The notes: generated from the sequence alone by a model not told the origin. DNA of 64,000 nucleotides from Planctomycetota bacterium (GCA_039182735.1 JBCDCB010000006.1:4971-68970); one strand, 5' to 3'; counted from the first letter of the stretch, positions 7,685 to 18,478 are shown. A program made the numbers and translations.

Positions 7685-10196
7685 CAGGACGCTCCTGCTC
7701 ATCGCCGCCGTCGCCATGTCCACCGCGCTCGTATCGAGCGTGGCGTGCGCGCTCGCCTCGCTCACCGAGGGCATGGCCTTCCGCGTGACGAGCGCCCTGG
7801 GCCGCGCCGACCTGCGTGTGAAGCACGTCGCCGAAGAGCGTTTCGACGCCTCGCTGCTCGAAGTTGTCCGCGCCGATCCCCGCGTGCTGACCGCGTCACC
7901 GCTTTCGCAGGGCGCGCTGCCGCTGATCGTCCCCGAGTCCGGTGCGATGGCTTCGCCGCTCGCGCAGGGCATCGATCCGGCGACCGAGTACGAACTCACA
8001 ACCCCGGAACTGGACGCCGGGCGCGCGATCGCGGGCGACGGCGAGATCGTGCTCAACGCCGCCTCCGCCGAGGTGCTGGGCGTCTCGGTCGGCGACACGC
8101 TCGAAGTCGCACGTTTCGGCGATCCGATCGAACTCACCGTCGTCGGCATCGAAGCCAAACGCGCGATCGAACTCGTCACCAAGCCCGTCGTCACCGTCTC
8201 ACTCAGCGCCCTCGAAGCGGCCACGGGCAAGACAGATCTCAGCGAGATCAAGATCGCGCTCGCGGACGGCACCGACGCTCGGGCGGTCGCCGACGAACTC
8301 GCCGCGGGCATGCCCGAGAACGTCATGGTGCAGACGACCGAACGCGTCACGAGCGGCATCGCGACCAACGTCCGCGCCAACGAGTTCATGTTCCTGCTCG
8401 CGTCGATCCTCTCCTACATCGGCAGCGCCTTCATCGTGCTCACCGGCATGACGACCAACGTCGTCGAACGCCAACGCGAGCTCGCCATCCTCCGCAGCAT
8501 CGGCGCGACGCGCACGCAGATCGCGTCTTCACAGCTGATGGTCGGCGCGCTGCTCGGCGCACTCGGCGCCTGCATCGGACTCCCGCTCGGCATCGCGCTG
8601 GCCGGCACGCTCGCGATCGCGCTCCCCGACCGCCTGCCCGCGGGCCTCGCGCTGCCGCCGACGGAACTCTCGATCGCCTTCGCCGGCGCTGTGCTCGCCG
8701 GGCTGTTCGGCGCAGCGGTCCCGGCGATCAACGCCGCGCGCACGAGCCCGCTTCGATCCTTCGGCATGCGCGCGCAGCGCACCAGCGCCCGCGCGATCGT
8801 CGTCGTCTCGATCCTCGGCGTGCTGGGCGTGCTCTCCCAGCTCGTCATCGTCGGCGTCCCGGACGACGGGCAGGTCGTCTTCTGGGCCTACGCGCTCTTC
8901 GGCCTGCCCGCGATGTTCACCGGGTACTTCTTCCTCGCCGTGCCCGTCGCGATCGGCGTCGCGATGCTCGTCGCCCCGCCGCTCTCACGCATCCTCCGAC
9001 TGCCCGGCGGCACGCTCAAGAACACGATCCTCGCCACGCCCATGCGTCACGGCTTCACCGCCGGTGCATTGATGGTCGGGCTCGCCATGATGGTCTCTAT
9101 CTGGACTAACGGCCGCGCGGTGCTCAACGACTGGATCGCCTCCATCGAGTTCCCCGACGCCTTCGTCAACGGGTGGGACGGCATCTCGGCCGAGCAGCGC
9201 GCTCGCATCGATTCGCTCGATTTCGTCACCGGCACTGTCGCGATCACCCTGCAACGCGTCGAATCCAGCGCCTTCGGCGTCGCCGGCATCCGAGACTTCA
9301 AAACCACGTTCGTCGCCTTCGAGCCAGAACCCTTCTTCGAGATGACCAACCTGCACTGGGTCGCGGGCGATCCCGACGTCGCCATCCCGCGGCTCAAGGA
9401 GGGCGGCGCCGTCCTCGTCGCACAGGAGTTCCTCGTCGCGCGCGACGGCTTCGGCATCGGCGACACGTTCACCATCCAGCGCAACGGCGAGCCCTTCGAC
9501 TTCGAAATCGTCGGCGCCGTCTCCTCGCCAGGACTCGACCTCGTCAACAAGTACTTCGACATCGGCAAGGAGTACGCCAACCAGGCCCTGCACTCCGTCT
9601 TCGGCTCGCGCGATGACCTCGCGCGCGTCTTCGGCAGCGAACGCATCAACCTCCTGCAGGTCGGGCTCGCCGACAACGTCTCCGATGCCGACGCGACCGA
9701 GCAGCTCCGCGCGGCGCTCGGCACCGGGCCCTTCGTCGTCGGCAGCGGACGCGAAATCAAACAGGGCATCATCGACGTCGGCGTCGGCTCGATGCGCGTG
9801 GCCACCGCCATCGCCATCGCGGCCATGTTCATCGGGTGCCTCGGCGTCGGGAACATCGTCATGGCGGGCATCGACGCGCGGCGCTTCGAGTTCGGCGTCC
9901 TCCGCGCCGTCGGCGCGCGCGGCACGCTCGTCGGGCGACTCATCCTCGGCGAGGTCATCATCATCGCCCTCACCGCGTGCGTCATCGGCACGCTCATGGG
10001 CATCCAGGGATCGTGGGCCGGCATCCGCTTGCACGAACTGCTCGCGGGCATCCGCCTGCACCTGCGCCCGCCGACCGAGATGGTCCTGCTCGGGTGGGGC
10101 GTGCTGACGACGCTCACTGTCGTCATCGTGCTGCCGATGCTGATCCGCGTCTCGTGCACGAAGCCGCGCGAACTGCTGTTCAGCGTGAAGGGGTAG
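7635..10196 (+). CDS. ABC transporter permease with two FtsX-like domains (YbbP/MacB-like)
   Basis: 853 aa from ATG 7635 ([14 protein letters not shown]...), a start that overlaps the ATPase stop by 50 nt. Multiple TM blocks and duplicated FtsX-type segments. The ORF track's 951-aa version starts with a spurious S/P-rich extension. Confidence 0.7.
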   Translation: MRAAWRLSTNALGGRRSRTLLLIAAVAMSTALVSSVACALASLTEGMAFRVTSALGRADLRVKHVAEERFDASLLEVVRADPRVLTASPLSQGALPLIVPESGAMASPLAQGIDPATEYELTTPELDAGRAIAGDGEIVLNAASAEVLGVSVGDTLEVARFGDPIELTVVGIEAKRAIELVTKPVVTVSLSALEAATGKTDLSEIKIALADGTDARAVADELAAGMPENVMVQTTERVTSGIATNVRANEFMFLLASILSYIGSAFIVLTGMTTNVVERQRELAILRSIGATRTQIASSQLMVGALLGALGACIGLPLGIALAGTLAIALPDRLPAGLALPPTELSIAFAGAVLAGLFGAAVPAINAARTSPLRSFGMRAQRTSARAIVVVSILGVLGVLSQLVIVGVPDDGQVVFWAYALFGLPAMFTGYFFLAVPVAIGVAMLVAPPLSRILRLPGGTLKNTILATPMRHGFTAGALMVGLAMMVSIWTNGRAVLNDWIASIEFPDAFVNGWDGISAEQRARIDSLDFVTGTVAITLQRVESSAFGVAGIRDFKTTFVAFEPEPFFEMTNLHWVAGDPDVAIPRLKEGGAVLVAQEFLVARDGFGIGDTFTIQRNGEPFDFEIVGAVSSPGLDLVNKYFDIGKEYANQALHSVFGSRDDLARVFGSERINLLQVGLADNVSDADATEQLRAALGTGPFVVGSGREIKQGIIDVGVGSMRVATAIAIAAMFIGCLGVGNIVMAGIDARRFEFGVLRAVGARGTLVGRLILGEVIIIALTACVIGTLMGIQGSWAGIRLHELLAGIRLHLRPPTEMVLLGWGVLTTLTVVIVLPMLIRVSCTKPRELLFSVKG

Positions 10197-10209
10197 TACT
10201 GATCATCGG

Positions 10210-10602
10210 CTATCGCATCATGGATAGGTCATAGCACGCAGTCACGAGCAAGATCCCGACGAAGCTCGCGATGAGACTGACTCGGACACTGTCCATCCAC
10301 GATGATACCAAGCGCCAGCGCAGCACAACGGCTTGCGCTATCGCGTGGACGACCACTTTCAGCAGCACGAACAGGTTCCACGCGACCTCCGTTCCGATCA
10401 GGTACCACAAGCCGATACCGATTCCCACTAAGAAGAATAAACTCAGCACCGCGGTCGAGTACGCCTTGGCATAGCCCGGAAGCTGTCCTGTCACGAGCCG
10501 GACACCGAGTTCGATCACGAATGCACCGAGCAGCCCCAACACAAATGGTCCCACGATCAGGATGAGGAAGAACACCGGCATCGCAACCTCCGAAGATCCC
10601 AC
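10210..10602 (-). CDS. Small 4-TM membrane protein, function unknown
   Basis: 130 aa with four hydrophobic spans. Lies in a locally lower-GC stretch (10.2-10.5 kb). No recognisable motif. Confidence 0.4.
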   Translation of the reverse strand: MGSSEVAMPVFFLILIVGPFVLGLLGAFVIELGVRLVTGQLPGYAKAYSTAVLSLFFLVGIGIGLWYLIGTEVAWNLFVLLKVVVHAIAQAVVLRWRLVSSWMDSVRVSLIASFVGILLVTACYDLSMMR

Positions 10603-10636
10603 GCTTCACAGACTCGATCCACGCCTACGGTTCCCG

Positions 10637-12805
10637 ATGGACGTCCAGACGCGCGATTCAGTCTACGAACTCGTTTCCGACCACCAACCCGCGGGCGATC
10701 AGCCAAAAGCGATCGACGACATCGTCGCGCGCATCGACCGGGGCGAGCGTCATACAACGCTCCTCGGCGCAACGGGCACCGGCAAGACTTTCACCATGGC
10801 CAACGTCATCGCGCGCACCGGCCTGCCCGCGCTCATCCTGAGCCACAACAAAACACTCGCCGCACAACTCTACGAAGAGATGCGCGAGCTGTTCCCGAAG
10901 AACGCCGTCAACTACTTCGTCTCCTACTACGACTACTACCAGCCCGAGGCGTACATCCCGGCGCGGGACATCTACATCGAGAAGGACGCGTCGCGCAACG
11001 ACGACCTCGATCGGCTCCGCCTCGCCGCCACGAGCGCCCTGCTCAGCCGACAGGACGCCATCGTCATCGCGAGCGTCTCGTGCATCTTCGGCCTCGGGGC
11101 GCCGGAGGCATACCGCGACAAGGTCCTCCGCGTCGCGGTGGGCGAGCAGATGGACCGGCGCCGCTTCCTGGGTGAGCTCAGCGGGATGCAGTATCAACGC
11201 AGCGACATCGACTTCAAGCGCGGCACGTACCGCGTCAACGGCGACGTCATCGACCTCTACCCCGCGTACGAGCAGTTTGCCGTCAGCATCGAGCTGTGGG
11301 GTGACGAGATCGAGAAGATCTCGCTCATCAACCCGACGAGCGGCGAGGTGCTCGCCGACGAATCGCTCTTCTTCGTCTTCCCCGCGGTGCACTACGTGAT
11401 GCCCGAAGACCGCATGAAGCACGCCGTCACCGGCATCCGCGAAGAGCTCGACGCGCAGGTGCTCGCGCTCCGCGCCGAGGGCAAACTGCTCGAGGCGCAG
11501 CGCCTGATCGCGCGCACGAAGTACGACCTCGAGATGATCGAAGAGGTCGGCTACTGCTCGGGCGTCGAGAACTACTCGCGCTGGTTCGACGGACGCGAGC
11601 CGGGCGAGAAGCCGTGGACGCTGCTCGACTACTTCGACTTCGGGCCCGCCGGTCGCGGCAACTGGCTCATGTTCATCGACGAGAGCCACGTCACCGTGCC
11701 GCAGGTCCACGCGATGTACAACGGCGACCGCCACCGCAAGCAGATCCTCGTCGAGCACGGGTTCCGCCTGCCCTCGGCGCTCGACAACCGACCGCTCAAG
11801 TTCGAGGAGTTCGAGCAGAGCACACCCAAGGTCATCTACGTCTCCGCGACGCCCGCGCCGTACGAACTCGAAAAGTCCGGCGGCGAGATCATCGAACAGG
11901 TCATCCGCCCGACGGGGCTCGTCGATCCCGAGATCGAGGTCCGACCTGCGAGCGGGCAGGTGCCCGACATCCTCGAGGAATGCCGCTCGCGCGCCGAGCG
12001 CGGCGAACGCGTGCTCGTCACGGCGCTCACCAAGCGGCTGTGTGAAGACCTCACCAACTACCTCGACCAGCAGGGACTCAACGTGCGCTACCTGCACAGC
12101 GAGATCGACACGCTCGACCGCATCGAGATCCTGCGCGACCTGCGCCTCGGCGCGTTCGACGTGCTCGTCGGCGTCAACCTGCTGCGCGAAGGCCTCGACC
12201 TGCCCGAGGTCACGCTCGTGTGCATCCTCGACGCCGACAAAACGGGTTTCCTCCGCAGCCCCACGTCGCTGGTGCAGACAATCGGTCGAGCCGCGCGCAA
12301 CGCGGCGGGGCGCGTCTTCCTCTATGCCGACGAGGTCACGCCCGCCATGCAGGCCGCGATGGAAGAGACCGAACGCCGGCGTGCGAAGCAGATCGCCTTC
12401 AACGAGGCGCACGGCATCGTGCCGCAGACCATCAAGAAGGAGATCCGGCGCGGCATCGAAGAGCAGCTGCAAGCGCGGCGCAAGGCCCGCGAAGCCGTCA
12501 AGGAACAAGAACCCGGCGTCGCGCGCGACGAGCTCCTCGCGCTGCTCAAAGAAGAGATGCTCGGCGCGTCGAAGGAACTCGCCTTCGAGAAGGCCGCCCT
12601 CATCCGCGATCAGATGGAAGCCATCGAGCAGCACTCCGAGCTCGTCGATGAGCACGGGCGCATCAAGCGCAGCGAACTCGAAGCCATGGTCGGCGGCGGG
12701 CCACGCAAGAAGGGACGCAAACGCGGCTCGGGAGGCAAGCCCGGGCAAGCGGGCAGTAAGGCCGGCAAGACGACGCGTGGCAAGAGAAAGTCTTCACGCT
12801 CGTAA
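10637..12805 (+). CDS. uvrB: Excinuclease ABC subunit B with Lys/Arg-rich C-terminal tail
   Basis: GDQPKAI, Walker A GATGTGKTF, FVSYYDYYQPEAY, YVSATP, UvrB-UvrC interaction helix near the C-terminus. ATG 10637 is placed 20 aa before GDQP, as in E. coli. Confidence 0.9.
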   Translation: MDVQTRDSVYELVSDHQPAGDQPKAIDDIVARIDRGERHTTLLGATGTGKTFTMANVIARTGLPALILSHNKTLAAQLYEEMRELFPKNAVNYFVSYYDYYQPEAYIPARDIYIEKDASRNDDLDRLRLAATSALLSRQDAIVIASVSCIFGLGAPEAYRDKVLRVAVGEQMDRRRFLGELSGMQYQRSDIDFKRGTYRVNGDVIDLYPAYEQFAVSIELWGDEIEKISLINPTSGEVLADESLFFVFPAVHYVMPEDRMKHAVTGIREELDAQVLALRAEGKLLEAQRLIARTKYDLEMIEEVGYCSGVENYSRWFDGREPGEKPWTLLDYFDFGPAGRGNWLMFIDESHVTVPQVHAMYNGDRHRKQILVEHGFRLPSALDNRPLKFEEFEQSTPKVIYVSATPAPYELEKSGGEIIEQVIRPTGLVDPEIEVRPASGQVPDILEECRSRAERGERVLVTALTKRLCEDLTNYLDQQGLNVRYLHSEIDTLDRIEILRDLRLGAFDVLVGVNLLREGLDLPEVTLVCILDADKTGFLRSPTSLVQTIGRAARNAAGRVFLYADEVTPAMQAAMEETERRRAKQIAFNEAHGIVPQTIKKEIRRGIEEQLQARRKAREAVKEQEPGVARDELLALLKEEMLGASKELAFEKAALIRDQMEAIEQHSELVDEHGRIKRSELEAMVGGGPRKKGRKRGSGGKPGQAGSKAGKTTRGKRKSSRS

Positions 12806-12811
12806 AAGAAC

Positions 12812-13816
12812 TCAAAGCCAGCGTTTGTCGCGGAAGTAGAGCCACAGCCCGACGCCGATGACGAGCAGAGCGGCGCACGTCACCAGAAACGACCACGGGT
12901 GATCACCGAGCGGGATGCCCGTCACGTTCATCCCCAGCACGCCCGACACGAGCGAGAGCGGCAGGAAGATCGCCGCGACGATCGTAAGGCGCGTCGTGAT
13001 CTCCGCGGTCTGCTCGCTCAGGTGCGTGGTGATGGTCTCGCTCGCGACGCGCGTCTGCTCATAGACGCGTTCGAGGTCTTCGAGATCTCGCGTCAGCCGA
13101 TCGACCAGTTCGCGGATCTTCGCGCTCTGGCGCACGTTCAGCCATTCGTGATCGCCCTCCGCGAGCGCGCGCAACGCGTCGCACTGCGGCGAAAGATACC
13201 GCTGCAGGATCGTTGTTCGCCGGCGGATGTTCGCGCTGCGTGCGCGCAGGTCCCGAACCTCCGGCGCGTCGTCCGTGTGCTCGATCAGCGCGTCCGAGTC
13301 CGTCTCGAGCTGGCCGCCCTGCTCGGCGAGCTGGTCGATCACCGTCTCCATCCGATCGCTGATCCGGCGCGCCAGCGACACCACCACCGCGCCGGGACTC
13401 ATCGGCGGATCGACGGACTCCAGCCCCGAGCACAGATCCTCGATCGCGCGCATCGGGAACTTGCGCAGCGTGAAAACCCGATCCTCCTGCACAAACATGC
13501 GGACCACGACAAGATCTTCGGGCTCTGCCCCCTCCGTGAAGTTCACCGCGCGGAGGATGACGATCGTCCCGCCGGGAAGGATCGAGGCGCGCGGGCGCGT
13601 CTCCTCCTGCAGCAGCGCCGTCACCGCGATCGGATCGAGCCCCGCGGCGTCACGCAGCCACGCCTCAACGCCGTCGGCCTTTCGATCGAGATCCACCCAC
13701 GCGTGCTCGGGCGGCCCGGCCTCGATGTCGCTCCACGAGAGGCGGACAGCACCGCCGCCGCTCTCGGGCAGGCGATAGGCGTTCAGCAGCATCGACCGGT
13801 CGGTCTCGTCGGACAC
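12812..13816 (-). CDS. corA: Magnesium/cobalt transporter CorA
   Basis: C-terminal two TM helices with GMN signature (VLGMNV), YFRDKRWL end, GTG start. Confidence 0.85.
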   Translation of the reverse strand: MSDETDRSMLLNAYRLPESGGGAVRLSWSDIEAGPPEHAWVDLDRKADGVEAWLRDAAGLDPIAVTALLQEETRPRASILPGGTIVILRAVNFTEGAEPEDLVVVRMFVQEDRVFTLRKFPMRAIEDLCSGLESVDPPMSPGAVVVSLARRISDRMETVIDQLAEQGGQLETDSDALIEHTDDAPEVRDLRARSANIRRRTTILQRYLSPQCDALRALAEGDHEWLNVRQSAKIRELVDRLTRDLEDLERVYEQTRVASETITTHLSEQTAEITTRLTIVAAIFLPLSLVSGVLGMNVTGIPLGDHPWSFLVTCAALLVIGVGLWLYFRDKRWL

Positions 13817-13892
13817 CTCGACTCCTTGTCGAACGCGGGGATCGGAACCCTGACACGCCCCCTACCATCGAAGCCAAGCGAGAGAGGAACAC

Positions 13893-16800
13893 GTGCCAGC
13901 AGCAAGCAAACGCAAGACGACCAAGAAGCGTACCAGCAAGCGCTCGAAGAAGGCGACGGACACACCCCACGCCGGGGTCGAGGCCAAGCCCAACGGCGTC
14001 GCGACGAACGCGAACCTCGCCGAGCACGACTTCGAAAAGACCGGCGAACGCCGCTTCGATCCCATCCGCGAGATCCGCGTGCGCGGCGCACGCGAGCACA
14101 ACCTCAAGTCGCTCGACGTGGATATCCCGCGCGATCGCCTCGTTGTTGTCACCGGGCTGAGCGGCTCGGGCAAGTCTTCGCTCGCCTTCGACACGATTTT
14201 CGCCGAGGGCCAGCGCAAGTACATGGAGTCGCTCTCCGCCTACGCGCGCCAGTTCCTCGACCAGCTCAAGAAGCCCGACGTCGAGCAGATCGAAGGCCTG
14301 CCCCCCACCATCGCGATCGAGCAGCGCAGCAGCGGGCACAACCCGCGCTCCACCGTCGCGACCACGACCGAGATCTACGACTACCTCCGCCTGCTCTTCG
14401 CGCGCTGCGGCGAGCCGCGCTGCTGGCACCCGACGAAGAGCAAGAAAGGCGGCGAGGTCATCAAGCGTTGTGGCAAGCCCATCAGCGCCGCCAGCGCCAG
14501 CGCCATCACCGACGCCGTCTCGAAGTTCGACGAGGGCACGCGCATCATGGTGATGGCGCCGCTCGTGCGCGCCAAGAAGGGCTTCCACAAGGATGTCGCC
14601 GAGAAGCTCGTGAGCGACGGGTTCGTGCGCGCACGGGTGAACGGATCGATCGTCGATCTGCGTGAAGCCCTTAAAGAGGACAGCGAGAACCCGCTCGGGC
14701 TCGGGCGCTACGAGAAGCACACCATCGAAGCCGTCATCGACCGCCTCGTCGTCAAGCCAGACGCGCGTCAGCGCCTCAACGAATCGATCGAGACAGCGCT
14801 CCGCCTCGGCGAGGGCGTCGCGATCGTCGGCGTCGTCATCGATAAGGACTCCTTCGAAGATCACGTCTACAGCGAGCAGTACGCCTGCGCCGAACACCCG
14901 GAGGCGTCGCTGCAGGAGCTCGAGCCGCGCATCTTCTCCTTCAACTCGCCGCAGGGCGCGTGCAAGGAGTGCGACGGGCTCGGCACGCTCATGGAGTTCG
15001 ATGAGTCGCTCGTGATCCCGAACCCCGCGCTCTCGCTCGCAGACGGCGCGGTGGCGGCGTGGGCGAAGAACGGCCCCGTCCGCGCGTGGTTCAACCGCCG
15101 ACTCCGCCGCTTCTGCCGCGACTTCGAGGCCAAGTGGCGCGCGCCCGTGAGCGAACTCGACGCCGACCAGCAGCGCATCCTGCTGCACGGCACGACGGAG
15201 CAGGACGAAGAATCATGGGGCGCGACCTTCGAAGGCGTGATCCCCAACGTCACCGAATGGTGGGGCACAACCGACAACGAGGGCGTGAAGGAGTGGCTCA
15301 GCGGGTTCATGAGCCAGACGCCCTGCCCCATCTGCCACGGCGATCGCCTGCGCATCGAGTCGCTCAGCGTCTTCCTTCGCACGAAGAAGCCGATCCCGGC
15401 GGAGGTCGCCAAACGCCGCGCGAGCGTGCACGCGCTCTCCGACGACCCGCACGACATCAACATCTCCGACTTCACGCGCCTCAACATCGTGCGCGCGCTC
15501 GAGGTCATCGAATCGCTCGACCTCACGAGCGAGCAACTCAAGATCGCCGACGCCATCGTCCGCGAGGTGCGCGCACGACTCGGGTTCCTCACCAGCGTCG
15601 GGCTCGATTACCTCTCACTCGACCGCAAAACGGCGACACTCTCCGGCGGTGAGGCGCAGCGCATCCGCCTTGCGACCCAGGTCGGCAGCGGGCTCGTCGG
15701 CGCGTGCTACGTGCTCGACGAACCCACCATCGGGCTGCACCAGCGCGACAACCGCAGGCTCATCGACACGCTCCGACACCTGGCCGACATCGGGAACACA
15801 GTCATCGTCGTCGAACACGACGAGGACATGATCCGATCCGCCGACCACGTCATCGACATCGGGCCCGGGCCGGGCGTGCACGGCGGCACCGTCGTCGCCC
15901 AGGGCACCATCGAGCAGATCAGTACGATCGAAGATTCCCTTACCGGCGCGTACCTCAGCGGCGCGCGCGCCATCGAGGTGCCCGTAAAGCGACGCAAACT
16001 CAGCCCAAAGAAGGCCATCACCGTCAAGGGCGCGCGCGAGAACAACCTCAAACGCGCCGATGCCGCCTTCCCCGTCGGCGGGATCGTCTGCGTCACCGGG
16101 GTCTCGGGCTCCGGCAAGAGCACGCTCGTCAACGACATCCTGCTGCAATCCGTCAAGCGTCACCTGCACGGCACGCGCGTCAAGCCTGGCGCACACGACC
16201 GCGTCAACGGGTTACAGCACATCGACCGCGTGATCGAGGTGGACCAGTCGCCCATCGGGCGCACGCCGCGCAGCAACCCCGCGACGTACACCAACATGTT
16301 CAACGACGTCCGCAGCGTCTTCGCCAAGACCAAGGAGGCAAAGGTCCGCGGGTACGAGATCGGGCGCTTCTCCTTCAACGTCAAGGGCGGGCGCTGCGAA
16401 GCCTGCGGCGGGCACGGCGTCAAGAAAATCGAGATGCACTTCCTCCCCGACGTCTTCGTCACCTGCGAGACCTGCCACGGCACGCGCTACAACAAGGAAA
16501 CGCTCGAGGTCACCTACCGCGGCAAGTCCATCGCCGACGTGCTCGCCATGACCATTGAGGAATCGTGCGACTTCTTCGAGAACCACCCCAAGATCCTCCG
16601 CTTCGCGAACTGCCTGCGCGACGTCGGGCTCGGATACCTCACGCTCGGGCAGCCCAGCACCACGCTCTCCGGCGGCGAGGCGCAGCGCGTCAAGCTCGCG
16701 ACCGAACTCGGCAAGGGCGTCGGCGCCGACGGGCTGCCATCCAGTTCATCGATGGGGCACACGCTCTACGTGCTCGACGAACCGACCACCGGGCTGCACT

Positions 16801-17030
16801 TCGAGGACATCCGAAGGCTCGTCGAGGTGCTCCAGCGGCTCGCCAGCCAGGGCAACACACTCGTGGTGATCGAGCACAACCTCGATGTCATCAAGTGCGC
16901 CGACTGGATTATCGACCTCGGGCCCGAGGGCGGCGACGGCGGGGGCACCATCGTCGCCTCCGGCACACCCGAAGACGTCGCGAAGGTGAAGACCAGCTTC
17001 ACCGGACAGTTCCTGCGCGACATGCTCTGA
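13893..17030 (+). CDS. uvrA: Excinuclease ABC subunit A with Lys-rich N-terminal extension
   Basis: Two ABC modules ([18 protein letters not shown]), zinc-finger cysteines ([14 protein letters not shown]), LSGGEAQR signatures. GTG start with GAGAGGAA Shine-Dalgarno 8 nt upstream. Confidence 0.9.
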   Translation: MPAASKRKTTKKRTSKRSKKATDTPHAGVEAKPNGVATNANLAEHDFEKTGERRFDPIREIRVRGAREHNLKSLDVDIPRDRLVVVTGLSGSGKSSLAFDTIFAEGQRKYMESLSAYARQFLDQLKKPDVEQIEGLPPTIAIEQRSSGHNPRSTVATTTEIYDYLRLLFARCGEPRCWHPTKSKKGGEVIKRCGKPISAASASAITDAVSKFDEGTRIMVMAPLVRAKKGFHKDVAEKLVSDGFVRARVNGSIVDLREALKEDSENPLGLGRYEKHTIEAVIDRLVVKPDARQRLNESIETALRLGEGVAIVGVVIDKDSFEDHVYSEQYACAEHPEASLQELEPRIFSFNSPQGACKECDGLGTLMEFDESLVIPNPALSLADGAVAAWAKNGPVRAWFNRRLRRFCRDFEAKWRAPVSELDADQQRILLHGTTEQDEESWGATFEGVIPNVTEWWGTTDNEGVKEWLSGFMSQTPCPICHGDRLRIESLSVFLRTKKPIPAEVAKRRASVHALSDDPHDINISDFTRLNIVRALEVIESLDLTSEQLKIADAIVREVRARLGFLTSVGLDYLSLDRKTATLSGGEAQRIRLATQVGSGLVGACYVLDEPTIGLHQRDNRRLIDTLRHLADIGNTVIVVEHDEDMIRSADHVIDIGPGPGVHGGTVVAQGTIEQISTIEDSLTGAYLSGARAIEVPVKRRKLSPKKAITVKGARENNLKRADAAFPVGGIVCVTGVSGSGKSTLVNDILLQSVKRHLHGTRVKPGAHDRVNGLQHIDRVIEVDQSPIGRTPRSNPATYTNMFNDVRSVFAKTKEAKVRGYEIGRFSFNVKGGRCEACGGHGVKKIEMHFLPDVFVTCETCHGTRYNKETLEVTYRGKSIADVLAMTIEESCDFFENHPKILRFANCLRDVGLGYLTLGQPSTTLSGGEAQRVKLATELGKGVGADGLPSSSSMGHTLYVLDEPTTGLHFEDIRRLVEVLQRLASQGNTLVVIEHNLDVIKCADWIIDLGPEGGDGGGTIVASGTPEDVAKVKTSFTGQFLRDML

Positions 17031-17050
17031 GCGATCGGTACACTCCGCGC

Positions 17051-17650
17051 ATGCCAGCGGTGAACCCCGTCATCTTCGTCATCCTCGCCGGCATGGTCGG
17101 CGCGGTCGCCCTGCTCTCGATCGTTTCCACCTACATCGACGTCGCGTTCAGCTCGTGGGCGCAGGCGGCGCGCGAGTTCCCCGAGCAGCCCAAGAGCGAG
17201 GTCTTCAGCGACGGACGCGCCCGCCTGTGGGTCGTCCGCCGAGAACGCTTCGAGAAGTGGGCGAACGAGAAGACCGGCTGTCTCGCGATCCTGCTCTTCC
17301 CCATCACCCTCTTCCGTTGGGCGATGCGATGGGGCGGCGCGATCAACTGCCGATTCGCGCTCGACGAGCAGTTCCTGCACATCGACTACGACGGCGGAAC
17401 CCTGGGCGCGACTGGCAACATGAGCGTCCCCCTCGCCGAGGTCCAGCACCTCGGCACGGGCGAAACCCATCTGGGGGTCTTCGACACGCTCGACATCGGC
17501 CCGTACATCATCCAGGCGCCGGCGCGGGTCTTCGCGGAGGAGCTCGCCGTACGCGCGCGACTCGACGAACCCGTCGATCCGACCGAGGCGCCCGCGCAGG
17601 ACATCATCGGCGATGATCCGCCCCGCCTGCCCGGAGACGACCGCGCGTGA
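17051..17650 (+). CDS. Hypothetical membrane protein (paralog A of a tandem pair)
   Basis: 199 aa, N-terminal TM (PVIFVILAGMVGAVALLSIV). ATG at 17051 is 20 nt after the uvrA stop. No known motif. Confidence 0.5.
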   Translation: MPAVNPVIFVILAGMVGAVALLSIVSTYIDVAFSSWAQAAREFPEQPKSEVFSDGRARLWVVRRERFEKWANEKTGCLAILLFPITLFRWAMRWGGAINCRFALDEQFLHIDYDGGTLGATGNMSVPLAEVQHLGTGETHLGVFDTLDIGPYIIQAPARVFAEELAVRARLDEPVDPTEAPAQDIIGDDPPRLPGDDRA

Positions 17651-18081
17651 ACGCGCCGTGGTACATGGTGCCGCTCTTCGTGCTGCTGTCGTCCCTGATG
17701 GTCTACGTCCCGCTCATGTTCGCGGTCGCAACGTTCGGCGGATGGGGCGATCTCGCGAAGGACCACCCACCGAGCAAACCGAAGCTCGGCGCGAAGCGCG
17801 GCGTCGCGCGTGTCATGACCTCCGCCTGGGTGCGCTACCCGAGCGTCGTGCTCTACGCGATCGACGATGAGCACCTGCACCTGCGCCTGCCGATCGCGGT
17901 CGGCATCTTCCACCGCCCCATGTCGATCCCCTGGGGGGAGATGGAAACGCTGCTCCCGAGCGGCACGCAACCCGGCATGATGATCGCGACCATCGGCGAC
18001 GACGTGCTTGTCCTGCCCGCCGCCCTCGTTCGACGGGAACTCGAACTGCGAGAAGCCCTCGAGCACCGCGCTGTCAGCTGA
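17647..18081 (+). CDS. Hypothetical membrane protein (paralog B of a tandem pair)
   Basis: 144 aa. Its GTG start overlaps the preceding stop (GTGA). Shares sequence blocks with paralog A (P..KPK...R.V, DE.LH, MSxPxxE...L..G, DxLxIxP). Confidence 0.5.
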   Translation: MNAPWYMVPLFVLLSSLMVYVPLMFAVATFGGWGDLAKDHPPSKPKLGAKRGVARVMTSAWVRYPSVVLYAIDDEHLHLRLPIAVGIFHRPMSIPWGEMETLLPSGTQPGMMIATIGDDVLVLPAALVRRELELREALEHRAVS

Positions 18082-18478
18082 CCATCGACCCCGGCGCGAT
18101 GTCGCCCATCGGCTGCAGCAGGACCACGCTGCGTTCCTCGCTGCCCTTCTGCGCGTCGGACGCGGCGAGCAGCATGCCCCGGGATTCCTCGCCCCGGATC
18201 GTCCGCGGCTCCAGATTCGCGACGATCACGATGTGCGTGCCCACGAGCGACTCGGGTTCGTAGTGCCCCTTGATGCCCGCGCAGATCTGGCGCGGCTCCC
18301 CGCTGCCGTCGTCCAGCTGCAGCCGCAGCAGACGATCCGCGTTCGGGTGCGGCTCGGCCTCGGTGATTTTCGCAACCCGCAGATCCACCTTCGCAAAATC
18401 CGCGAAGGCGATCATCGGCTTGGATTCCGTCTCGTTCGCGGCGGCGTCGCCCATCGTCTGCGTCTCCGGTACTGGCAA
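18074..18478 (-). CDS. csaA: tRNA-binding protein (CsaA/EMAP/Myf domain)
   Basis: FAKVDLRVAKITEAEPHPNADRL...IVIVANLEPRTIRGEESRGMLLAA matches the tRNA-binding OB-fold of CsaA and of the MetRS C-terminal domain. Confidence 0.75.
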   Translation of the reverse strand: MPVPETQTMGDAAANETESKPMIAFADFAKVDLRVAKITEAEPHPNADRLLRLQLDDGSGEPRQICAGIKGHYEPESLVGTHIVIVANLEPRTIRGEESRGMLLAASDAQKGSEERSVVLLQPMGDIAPGSMVS

